NCBI GenBank assembly: GCA_040954595.2
Contig: CM082577.2
Location: forward strand, 248,001 to 312,000
Length of the DNA: 64,000 nucleotides
Origin: Balanoglossus misakiensis
Taxonomy: Eukaryota > Animalia > Hemichordata
Direction of reading: 5' to 3'
Positions 1-12,009 of this stretch are shown piece after piece. A program made the translations under genes and the position numbers. The notes under the pieces are model-generated. The model searched no databases and was not told the DNA's origin. It worked only from the letters and a program-made list of their open reading frames with translations. Position 1 is the stretch's first letter; every line of letters begins with the position of its first letter.

Positions 1-154
1 AGATTTTTTCAAACACCTGTGGTTAAAGACCGAATGTAAAAGAATTAACACTTTCAGTGAGTCAAGTCACATTACATAAAATATAGTTTGAAACTATAAC
101 CACAAAAATAATATGAAATGATGCCACCACCACTGAGAATTTAAATAGACTTAC

Positions 155-3100
155 GTATCTTCTTTGGCCCACATGATATTTGGAGCGATGACTAAAGCTA
201 GGTTGCTGGAATTCATCTTAGTGATGCTACTATACTCCAGCAATTTATGTAAAAACTTGATAAGATATCTGCAAGGGAAAAATATCACATGAACAATCAG
301 AGTCACTGATTTTTAAACACAATGATATTCATAATATTTTGACCATGAAACATGACAACTTTATCAGTTAATGCAGATAGAAATCAAAACCATTGTCGGT
401 AATTAACTTGCCTAAGATTGTCAAAATTCGGTTTCGGAAGTTTGCTGACACACGTCCACAGCGCTTGAAGTCTCGTATCTGTGTCTTGTATGCTATGAAA
501 TGCAACAAAAAATATCAAACATTGAACTCAACTTTGTCAAGACTGAATCCAGTTTGAAAGCACACTGAAAGGACAGAATTTCTTTTCAATTATATTTTTG
601 CTCTGTGTACCGTCTACCATTTCCAAAACCTGTACAATGATTACATGTATTAAAATTCTATTTTTTAATGAAAACAATACTGGCTACAAACAAAATTCAT
701 CTGTAACTTTAATAACAGGGATTTCATCATGATTTAGAGAGTTGCACAAGAACTGCACTTGACACACGGAACAAACATTGAAAATGACAGGTAATGAAGC
801 CTTGACACCACCATAAGATTTCTGAAACAATTCACTCACCTATTTGCAGACACCCATTCATCATAGAGGGCAAAGGTCATTAGTGGTTCTGGTAATTCTC
901 TCAAATATTGCTTGAGGACACCTGAGGACGTAGAACTCACTGTTATATTTCACACATCATACAAGGCACTTATTTATCAAGCATTTGTATAGCAAACATC
1001 AAATTGAGACTGATCAGTCGCGCAGTGGATTGTTGGTGACACCAGATGGAGAGACTGTGGAATACTCAGCCTGATAAGCTCTTACATCGCTTACAGGGGT
1101 TTCTGGTTTTAGTTGTCTGCCAGAAGTGTTGGCTGTCTTTAAGAGTCTGTACACACCCATCTCCACAGAAAACCAAATTTCTCATTTCTGGAAAATATAC
1201 ACATACACGCTGACAGTCAAGACAGTTAGATATCCACTTCATACCTGTGATTGCGTGCACATGGGCTGCATCTTCAAAATCTGTTGGATCTGGAACACCC
1301 AAGTCAAAGGACGCCTACAACAAGACATATGGAGTGTCATTATAACTTTGGATAATATATTGCAGACTAGTTTACATAATTAAAGCAATATTTTTTTTTT
1401 AAATATCAGAGTTATCATTCAGATTGATGGCTATTTTTAATTTCAAATCTGAGAGAGTTTTGCTCTCTTGTTAAAATTTTTGCATGGTGACACTCAATTT
1501 TAAGTTACCTTGAGGCAAAGCATGAGAAAAAGCTTGTGACGTTGATTTAGAGGCACATATACATGTAGCGTGCTTATGCTAAACAATACAATAAACTACA
1601 TGTACTTTGATTGACGTAGGAATGATTTGCCAATGACGAGTCACTGTTTTGCTTTTACCCGAAGTTTCTTGACTTTAGACGAACTGCCCGCTATTCGAAA
1701 CAAGCCCTCTTCCTCTAAACCAAACTGAATGATAGCATCGCAGCAGGCATCGATTGGGAATGCAATTTCTCTCTCTGAGACCCTCAGGTGAGATTCAAGT
1801 GGCGTTCCAAAAACTGGCTTTGCGGGATTCTCTTCCAGTAACTCATGCATGGCTGGCAACATTCGATCCAAAACTGCAGCTGCTCTCTTGTGATAATCTG
1901 CTTGATGTGCTACGAGCTGAAGAGAGAAAATATACATACAACAGTCAGATGGTCACCAGACACAGTATCACAATCACACTCACACCAAAGATAATGACAA
2001 AATTGAATCATGTATAAAGAAAGCATTACCTCAACAAATTTTTTGGCAAATTCTCCTTCCCTTGCGAGGAGTACTAACATTTCTGTCACATAAGCATCCT
2101 GAAAAGAATAGAAAATATTCAATCATAATCTCCAACAAAAGTGAAATGGTGAAACTAGACACAAAACACTGTGTGGAAATATCTCAGATATTGCAACACA
2201 AATTCAGTTGCATAACCATAATAGTAGTTCTGTCTAGTATTATTTATTCTGACTAATATATCACACCAAACTACCTGTTAAAACAACAATATGGTTATCT
2301 AAATATAACCCATTCATATTTATTTGTGTGTGGGTATGTCACATTCATATTCGGTGTCGTCTGACATGGCTATCTCACAAATGACAATGGAACGTCTTTG
2401 ACTAAAAGATGGCCTTGTGAAGGTTTTATTTAGTTCCATAAATCCATCAATGGTTTGAATCACTGTTTTTCAAGTCTGGGATCAGCACCTGTGATCTCAA
2501 AATGCCATATGTACAGGGTTATATTACTCAGTTTGTCTTCTCCTTTCTGGTTACATGATATAACCAGAAATCACCCCACAAACCAAACAATATTCTCCAT
2601 TACGCCAGTCACTACAGAGGTATTGCCCTTGAGGTCAAGTGAGTCTAAGGCTACAAAGGTTGTGCACTCCAATCAAATCATGAACAAAACATGTTTGGAA
2701 TGTGAACAATAAAAGAACTGTGTCATCGGTGAACAATAAAAGAAGCATGTCTGAGGAAACAAAATATATGACAATTACCCACACAGGTGCTCATGATATG
2801 TTCTAGTGTCACTCAAATATTCCCAGGGATTTAAGGGGTTGATTAATGTTGCAGGATGCAAGGATTAGGATTCTGAAGCAAACTGTTTGTAGCTTCCTCT
2901 AAAATTGTATCCATTACTTAAAATTTGCATGGACACAGCCAACACAAAACCATGTGAATACACAAGTACAGAAATATGTGTATATTTCAAAATTGTGTTC
3001 ATGCTTTTGTCAACATATGAGCTTTATGTTCACAGAACCCATTTAATGGCACAATACGACTCTTCATGCTAAGTCATTTTTATGACTCACGACTTCATTG

Positions 3101-6100
3101 TACTTACCCTAGCAGCTTCCATTTTATTGCAAGACTCTTCAAATTCTTCTTTGTATTGATCTATTTTGTTGACTTGTTCCTGTAAATTTCCTTTGCCAGA
3201 TGTGGTAGCCCTGATGGCAGACTGATGCCTATGTGATAATGGTGAAACCCCTATTAAAATTATGTATTATTTCTATAACAGAGATGGGTTTGTAAGATTC
3301 TCACTAGTAGGCAAAAATAGCAATCAATTTGATTAATATTGGTAATCAGTTACCTTGATCTTGCCGAGTCCATGTCTAGAACTGCTTTTGATAATTTTTT
3401 CTTGTGTGCTGCTACAAGAGGAAAGTCCACCTACAGGACCAAATTAAAAGGTAGCAAAAAATGGGCACTGTAGAATCATAATATATACACATATTAATCG
3501 TTATCTATTTTTTGAACAATTCATTGTCTGCCGCAAGGATTCAATACAGTATGCACTACACGGAAATGGACATCCAACTCTCTAGTTTTAACCTTATGAC
3601 TTTTTTGTCTCATTTGCCTTTTTGAATGACATGGGGAACAGCTTGTTTTTCAACACTTTCCCCAAAGGTGAACCCAGGTCATCAGGATCAACATGTTTAC
3701 CAAGGAGTGTTTACATTAACCCTTTCACCACCATAGTTTGATCCAAATCCATCGTTTTCTAAGGTAAAATTGGACCTCTATAGAGGGAAGGGGAAAGGTT
3801 AACTATCTAACTCTCCTTTTATCTCTCATTGCAACCTGTGATGTCAGCTCACTGTCACTTTACCAAAAAAATCTGATTAATAATCTCTTCAAAACCTAAC
3901 AAAATAAATCTATAGTTTCACCTCTGAGAGCGTGTTGAGCGACTGTAAGACATTCTGTTCTACTTCCATTTCATAAATTGCCAATTCTTGACCAATGTTC
4001 TGCTGGCACTCTCCGCATGTTGCAATCATTGCTCTGTAATAATACAATAAAAGAAATACAATTTCTGAAATTATTTTCACTGGCTTTGTTGGTGAGTGAA
4101 ATACTGGGAATTTCCTTGTGATTTGCGGAGTAAAACTGGAAGCTGGAGTTGATACATAGGATAGAAAAACAAACAGCTGACTATTAAAGCTATGGAGCTT
4201 TGAATTATTGCCTATATATCCGTACACATAGCAGGAGATGCTATTTAGGCACCAATATTGATGACCTATCAAATAGCATGCAAAGGTATCAGTTTTCAAA
4301 GATGACACCTTAAAGTTAAACTAAAGACATTATCATGGGGTAAAATTACACTTTTACTTTTATATAAATAAACAAGATGACTCACACCCACAATAATGAT
4401 GCAACCTTATAAAATAGAATGGAACTCTCCCAGCCAACTTGAACAAAAGGTTTTGTGGAGGACAAGAGACTGCTGTTATGAACAGGAAATCGTTTTCAGG
4501 AGATAGTTTTGTGCAGTCCTGGGATTTAAAGGACGTTGCTTTTCTGAAGAGGAAATAGTTTTAGCTGATTTGGTGCACCAAGACTTCTGTTATGAACAGG
4601 AAATAGGATTGACTGCTAAAACAGCTTTCAGTGACGCTTTGTAAAAAGATTTTTTTTTTTTTTTTTGGGGGGGGGGGACAAATTTAAACAATAGATCTCT
4701 ATCATTCAGAAGTGAAACTCTGCTGGACAAAGCCACAGAAACCAGAAATATTTTAACTGATAACATTCAATGTCATTTCTGTCAGCAGCTAATCGGCATT
4801 CTACACAATACCAGCAAAATATACTCAAGACAATGACTAGAAGATACTGTACAATTCAAGAAAATGTAGTGTAATGGCATCTTACCCAAAAATAGAGTTA
4901 TTGCCTAACTGTACACTTGATTCCATCATGGTAGCTGCCAACGTACTCTCGGGTAATTTTTTCTGTACAGTGAGGAAATGAGAAAAGTACAGTCAACATT
5001 TACAAATTTACAGCAGCTAGCTTTAATTTTTAAACTTTTCACCAGCTGATTGGATAAAACTGACCTTGGCTAACAGGAGAAACTTCCGAAGACATCAATG
5101 GAACTCCTTTGAATGCAGATCACAGATAAAATACACAGGCAATGCAGAAGACAATTTAACACTTACCACTCGTTTCTCATATTCATATCCTGTCCCCTGG
5201 AGACAGCCTCCAAGCTTTTTAGCAGCATTGTGTGATGCGTGTTTCAAACTCTCCACCTTCTTTTCACACTGCAAAGAATAAAACAATCGATGGTCAAACT
5301 TCAGAAGAAAAGGGGAATGAAACCTGATGGGAGATTCTCAAAAAAAAGAATCTGTTGGTTTCCTGTGTCTATCTGTATTTCCTCTTCCTGTCTGTCTGTC
5401 TGCCTCTCTGTTCGATTACGTTGGTCAGTTTTCTCTCATCTTTTCTGACATGCAAATGGTTGAAATTTTGAAAATGCCAAACATTTTTCATGTGGGTCTC
5501 CATGTCAAACCACATGTAAAGTTTTCATGCCATTTGTTTACCATAAACATATCTCAATTTCACGAACGGAAGTCTCAATATGAAAATCTTTGATATCACT
5601 AAGCTGAGAGGTGCTACGTTACAAACAATGAAATCAATATTCTCTAACCTGTAGAAGTTCATCGCTGAGAACTTCACTCTTCTCTGCCCTGAAAAAAATA
5701 AAAGTTTTGCAAACTGTTGATCGATGTAATAATATTTAGTGATAGAAATGAAACAATAAAATACAAGAAAATTTGAATATTTTTTAAGAATTATGATGAT
5801 TACATGTGACTTGCCAAAGACTCCTAGGGGTTACAATGTGCTGCAATAGCTGTGCTTTTCACATTTGCATTCCAGGGTTGTGTTTTTTCTCTGGACAACA
5901 ATTGGGACTGATGTAAATCTGGTTTAAACACAACTGGAGTAATCTCCAGTGTTCAATACAAAGATCATCTGCATAAGACAGACTTAGGTAATTATGTTGA
6001 GATCCTCACTCAAGAAAATCCAACCACGCTTGGAATATATCTGAAAATTATTTTGCCATCCATGAGACAAATTGGCCCGCAGAATGATTGAATAGTTGGC

Positions 6101-7501
6101 ATGCAGAGACCACCAGGATCAAAGTTGTCCATTTGGGTAGGAAATTATGTTCACTATACAGTTATGGTATTTAGGTTACAAGACAAGACAATGCCAAGGA
6201 ATGATAATCAACATATTCATTGTTAAAATACACCCACTACAATGCTCCATTCATATGGCTATTGTCCCACATACAATGATGGCTACTCCTGTAGGTAAAT
6301 CACTGCTTTGACAAGGTACTTGCAACTGGTCCATATATCACAATGATGGTTCACAGCATAGGCTGCCCTCCCACACATTTGACAATCTGCCATTGAGAAT
6401 ACCAATTACACTTTAAACTATTATATTTCATAACCTGCCTCAATGCGACACACTCACATTGTACGTAACATAAGTTCTGGTATCAGTCACAAAAAATTAC
6501 TTAATGATCTCGTGTCAGTGACATTATCTTGAGTTGGACAGTGTTGTGATATCCAAGCTTGTTATATTATACACTGTTTATTTGTCACAGAATGAGAATG
6601 TGTGCTTGTCTAAAATTGGCTGTAAAAACAAATTCATGTCATCACATTCACATTTTATTGAAAAAATACAATAAATTTTAAAATTCCAAATAATTTTAAA
6701 CATTGTGTTATGCACAGTGCTGCAGTTTGACAACATGCTTCAACACTAAATCAAGTTATCAACTCTATTCTCTTAAATGTAATTTATGATTTTCATGGGG
6801 ACAAAAGATCTATGGGGCAGTAAGTATTAAAGATAGCGATCTGTATTACCAGTATGATCGATCCTAGCTGTGGTAACGCAGCTGTACCGTTGGGGGGGGG
6901 GGTGATCAGCCCCCCCCCCCCCCCCCCCCACGGTACAGCTGCGTTACCACAGCTAGATCGATCAGATCCCCGCCTACTTTCTTCAATACTTCGTATGTGC
7001 ATAGATACATGATCAATGCAAGTGTATTTTACAGTATTACATTCAAATGTTGAAGGCAACATATAGGAGTGAACTGGCACAGACATGCTAGGCAAATTTC
7101 TTTAATTTCCCAGAAAACATGAAAATACATGTATGACATTACAAAGCGCAACGTACGATCGATTGCAAAATATATGAACTTCATTTCATTTTCAATCTCA
7201 GTGTTCATTTCCTGAGCGCTGACACTATCATGTTAACACATTTAAAGTTAAACAATGAATTACATGTATATCGGTGCACGTGTTATGCTGACATGATGAA
7301 CCGTCAAAAATTACGGCATATATTCAGCGTACTAACTACGTAAATTCTGTAAGACAGAGAGCGGGGAATCTCTCTCCCCGAGCCCCCGTCCCTTCGCGTC
7401 GAGTGACACTGACGTGACTCGACTCGGTCGAGGGTGTCTAACACTTACCTGCCGAAATTTTGATTGGCAAGTTGTTTGACCCGTAAGAATTGTTTCTTCA
7501 T
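155..7501 (-). CDS. ARHGAP44: BAR-domain Rho GTPase-activating protein (RICH/nadrin; ARHGAP44/ARHGAP17/SH3BP1 family), 5' part; gene continues beyond the left edge
   Basis: Exons (minus): 7449-7501, 5649-5688, 5167-5268, 4886-4962, 3922-4033, 3354-3430, 3108-3228, 2030-2098, 1659-1916, 1245-1314, 840-921, 412-492, 155-268, all frame-consistent. N-terminus MKKQFLRVKQLANQNFGRAEKSEVLSDELLQ resembles the RICH1/2 start. RhoGAP motifs: KPVFGTPL, EEEGLFRIAGSSSKVKKL (Arg finger), LKQYLRELPEPL, KMNSSNLALVIAPN. Probably co-orthologous to ARHGAP17/44. Confidence 0.93.
3716..3802 (+). mobile_element. About 90-bp piggyBac-like MITE, copy 1
   Basis: TTAA-CCCTTTCACC...GAAAGG-TTAA termini; internal sequence aligns by eye with the copies at 14791-14887 and 15855-15947. 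Confidence 0.65.
6864..6956. mobile_element. Near-perfect palindromic element (MITE-like foldback) in ARHGAP intron 1
   Basis: CTAGCTGTGGTAACGCAGCTGTACCGT and ACGGTACAGCTGCGTTACCACAGCTAG are exact reverse complements, enclosing poly-G, TGATCA and poly-C; ATCGATC flanks both sides. Confidence 0.75.
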
Positions 7502-7648
7502 GTTCTCTTTCTTGAGCATAGCGACCCAGTATTAAACTGGATCACCCTGGAAGAGAGTTAACAGGCGTTAATCGTTGACAATTGGCGATCAAAAACAGAA
7601 AGTACACTCACAACTTTTCTCAGTACTCTAGACACACAGACTTAAACG

Positions 7649-7695
7649 CAGTGCACCGTGGGAATGCGGAAGTGATTGGGAGGGACACGCCCACC
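7649..7695. promoter_or_regulatory. Bidirectional promoter core shared by ARHGAP and SPHK
   Basis: The two ATGs are at 7501 (-) and 7947 (+). Adjacent motifs: ZNF143/Staf-type TTCCCACGGTGCACTG (minus, 7649-7664), ETS/GABP CGGAAGTG (7667-7674), CCAAT box (GATTGG, 7674-7679), Sp/KLF ACACGCCCACC (7685-7695). Locally CpG-rich. Confidence 0.65.
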
Positions 7696-7946
7696 AAGGA
7701 ACTGTTGTTTATATTTCATAGAAATTACACAAACTTGTGAATTTTCCTGTCTCTGGGTTACATTTACACTAATTTGCTGTCTTTTATGTACTTAAGATAC
7801 TTGAAAGTAAAGAAAATATGTTCAACAAAAGATTTTGAAACTCTGTCAACAAAAGGTAGCCACAGCGTGATTTTAGAGCATTTCGGGGCTTCATGTTGAC
7901 ATTTTTCACTAAGTTAGAGGCACCGAAATAGTGACTAGTAATAAAC

Positions 7947-10900
7947 ATGGCTGAGTTTGAAGCGTCCGAAGCAGAAAAAATTTTGGAAGATAATTTCACA
8001 ATTTACCCCAAGAAACAGCCTCACAATGTTCGATTGTACAGAAAAGCTTTAACATTCGACAGAGTTAGAAATGGGGAGACGTCGTCCGCTCCGACGATCT
8101 TTAAGACTGAAGATATGGTCGGCTGTCACTGCATGAGCGGACGACAAGCCGGAGACAAGTCGGCGTATTTCTGTATCTATGCATATCCAATGGAAAAGAA
8201 AGTTCTCGGAAGTGATAAAAGGCAACGGAGAGTAGTTGTGTTCCGCATATCGCAGTTCGACACCTTTGAAGCCAACTTGATCATCGCAGAGAAGTGGAGG
8301 AAGGGGGTGCTGATGCTTTTGCGGGGCACGGACATTGCCAGTGAAGAAGGTGAGTGAACTTTTATAATGAGTGTACTCTAACCTGTACCAACGCGCAACG
8401 GCGCGATAGCAACATGACTTTACCCTGTGCGTGTCATGACGACGTCAATGAGAATTCATTATTTTTAACTGACTGTATCAGTGCCATTAAATTCACTCAC
8501 TGTCTCTTCCCTTGAACATATTGAGGAGTAAATTTACGAGACGTTATATTTTTGCCATCAAATGACATTTATGATATTTAAACAGTTAAGTAAAATAAAC
8601 AGAGATTTTATGAATCAAGAGTTCTGACACAATAGTGGTCTGCCTTATTGCGCAAAATATCATATTGTGAAAAGTCAGTCCTGTCCCAGAAACTGAGAGG
8701 AAGTAGGTTACGTGCAAGATCTCTGATAATTATGATATTTACAGACTACAGAGTGGTGGTCAGTTAGCGTTTAGTTAATATATTAACCTTTTGTTTGCCT
8801 TCACAGGTGTGTTCGAGATCTTCCCCCCTATCATTTTCATTATATGTGACTTATAAGTTAGCATAAGGCACAGCCCTCTCTGAAATAGTGTAAACCTGCC
8901 TATGTTTGATTTTCTCTATTTTGTTTTTACAGATATTGACATCAAAGAATTGCCTCCAGCCAAAAAAGTATTGTTTCTGATCAATCCACACAGTGGACAA
9001 GGGAGGGCTGCTAAAATCTTCAAAGAGAGGGTTGTGCCCCTTCTCGGGGAGAGTGATTTGAATTATCACTATATTCTTACAGGTAAATTATCAAGTCAAA
9101 CTATGTGGCAGAAACATGAGTCGTTTTCATGTAGCACTAGCAGGATGTTAAGTTTACTTCATAGATAGTAGGTGGGAGGAAACTAAAGGTTTATTCTCCT
9201 GGAAAGAATTAAATGAAATTCATAAGTCAAATTTAATGCCAAATGAATACAGTGTGTGTATGTGGATGGAAGGTAAAGATCTTACCTGAGTAAATCACCC
9301 AGTCATATTTCGATGCTTGGTAAGTTGTTGAAAATATTCAAGACACAATGCTTCAATGCGGGAACGCCGCCTTGTGTGCTAAATTTGGATTATGGGCGTT
9401 CAAAGTTCAACAAAGCCTACATGTACATCCTGGTTGATCATTACAAAGATATTGGTGGGATAGCTGGCTGGCATGTTTACCCAAATCATTTGCTAGATTT
9501 GCTGGTAATCCGACAGGTCAAAACATGGGAGGGACTGTAATATGCCCTTTAGTTATAACTAATAATCAGGCCTTGACCTGGTAACAGCACATAATTTTGT
9601 TTATTTTGAGATTACTTTGTCAAAATAAACATATAATATTAATGCTGGTCAACTGTAAAATGCAAATCGATATGCTTTTTTAAAAGTTTCTTTATGTTTT
9701 GTCAATTTTATAAGAAAATATACACTTATATTTAGGAAAATCACGTATAGACAATACTTGTAACTTTACCAATCATACATCCTTTGGCTTTCATCACAGA
9801 ATATCAAGGTCATGCTCACAAGATAGCCAAAGAATTGAAACTAAGGGATTGGGATGCCGTAGCAATAGTTTCAGGAGATGGATTAGTCTACGAGGTATGT
9901 AGAATTTTCAATATTACCTTCAAATATGTCAGACTTATATACAAAGGATTGTTTTTGACATGCGGGTGTTATCACCTTGCACCAAAAAGGATCTGATGTA
10001 TCAATGCTTAGTTTTGTTAACCTTGTAGCAAGAAACTGTTGGTAGTGATAAACAGAACAAAAATATAGGAGAATTATGTAAAGTTACTGCGTCCCTTTCC
10101 TTTGAATTGTTGTATAGGTGATAAATGGATTAATGTCAAGACCAGACAAAGAAGAAGCCATCAAGATTCCTATTGGTGTTATACCAGGTGGTTCTGGTAA
10201 TGCCTTAATTGCAGCTATCCTCTATGCAAAGGGGTAAGGACACATTATAGACTTGCATTGCTTTTAGCATGTTACATTCAATCTCTTTCATTCGAGTTGA
10301 TTCCTGAAGAAGAAAGTTCACCTAGGTCTTTGTGTTGATGCTGTGGGGGAACATCAGTTGTTGATTTTTGAAAAAAAAATGGAAATTAGTGTATTTTTCT
10401 GAAAATCTATCCCCATTGACAGTCCTATCAATTTTGGTAAGTATAGAGTCTTTAAAAGTGTCTGTCACATGCATGCTTTATTGACTAAAGCAGGCTATTT
10501 GCACAATTCAGCGTTTTCACAAAGATCAGGGAATGCAGGTAACTTGATAGTGAATTAGGGTATCGTTATTGTTGGTTTGGTATGCTCTTCATTTGAATAG
10601 TTGGATCATGGCATTTAAGAAATCCGACACATTGATTTGGCAACCCTGGTTACATTTACCTGATTCACAGGAGACTTTAAGAATACCACTATGATTGTGT
10701 GTCGTACAAATGACTTAACCTTGACTACAAAATGAAGCACAAAACATCACCATAAAAACCAAGGTCTGTAGTGGATTGCATTGTCTGGATAATATCTTAC
10801 ATAACCATTCCCCCAAATTTGCATCATGTGTCCTCAAAAATTAAAAAGGAAATATTTTTATTTCACTGTGAATAATCCACCCATAAAACTTCGACTAATT

Positions 10901-12009
10901 GAGTTTTGCCCCCAAGTTTTGTGATACCAGATTTTATCATAATTTATTCCTGTTTCAGGGAACCCCTAACAAACCTGGTGCAGCATGCTACGTTTTCGCT
11001 GATAAGAGGCGAGAGCCGTGGTATGGATCTAGTGAGGGTGCAGAACTGCAATCAGGTGACACATTCATTTCTGGCAACATGCTGGGGCATCATCTCAGAC
11101 GTAGACATTGAAAGTGAGAAATACCGCAAGCTCGGTGCCTCACGGTTCACCATCCAGACTGTGGCCAGGATCACCAAGTTGAGGGTCTATCGCGGGAAGC
11201 TGTCTTTCTTGCGAGACCACGAGTATCATGCCAAAAAAATGGAGCAGCACGCAAACACTCCGCACATGAACAGGACTCACAGCGTTGAGACAGAAAGCGA
11301 CATGGTGCACACTTACGCAAACGACGACCCTGAGGTGTTTGAAGAAAACGGTGGACAACATGGCATGGTGAGAAGTCAGTCAGAAATAGCGCCCTCAGGT
11401 ATGGACAGAAGCATGTCGTACTCGGAACATTTTGTGAGGGTGATTGCAGAGGAGAGAGCCACAACGTTGTTGTCATCCGAGGCCAGCAGTGGCAGTGATG
11501 TGGATGAAAACTCTGTGCCCAATGAGATCGGAGAGGAGTGTTTTCCAAATGGTGACATGTTAGCAGATGAGCAGCAAACAACCAATCACAGACCAACAGA
11601 AACCCAAGACTCAGCGGACAGTACAACAACGTCTCTGCTGCCACCAATCGACCAGCCAGTACCTTCAAACTGGATGACAGTGGAAGGTGACTTTATCAAC
11701 ATCTCGGCAGTGTACCTCAGTCATCTCAGCACGGACGTCTGCGCTTGGCCAAACCGAAGTTTCAGCGAAGGGGTCATTTGCATACAGTATTTGAAAGCAC
11801 CGATGTCCCGGAAAAACCTACTGTCTATCTTCCTGGACTTGGAGAAAGGGGAGCATCTGAGATCACCATATGTAAATGTTGAGTACGTGAGGGCATTCCG
11901 GATCGAACCAATGAGCGAGGGGGAGATAATCACTGTTGACGGTGAGAAGGTCGAGTACAGCCCGATACAAGGGGAAATACTGCCGGCTATGGCAAGGATT
12001 GTGTACTGA
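7947..12009 (+). CDS. SPHK2: Sphingosine kinase, 604 aa (SPHK1/2 co-ortholog; SPHK2-like N-terminal extension and central insert)
   Basis: Exons 7947-8349, 8933-9082, 9800-9894, 10118-10233, 10959-12009 (1815 nt, GT-AG, in frame). SphK motifs: LINPHSGQG, SGDGLVYEVING, IPGGSGNAL, WGIISDVDIESEKYRKLGASRF, TVDGE. Confidence 0.95.

Noticed and set aside
1-16. Possible next ARHGAP exon at the window edge
   Set aside because: Only 16 nt visible after a CAG; cannot be verified.
6793-7095. 100-aa ORF with poly-Gly and poly-Pro
   Set aside because: Produced by the G/C runs of the palindromic element.
11140-11933. Several minus-strand ORFs over the last SPHK exon
   Set aside because: Shadows of a clearly conserved coding exon.
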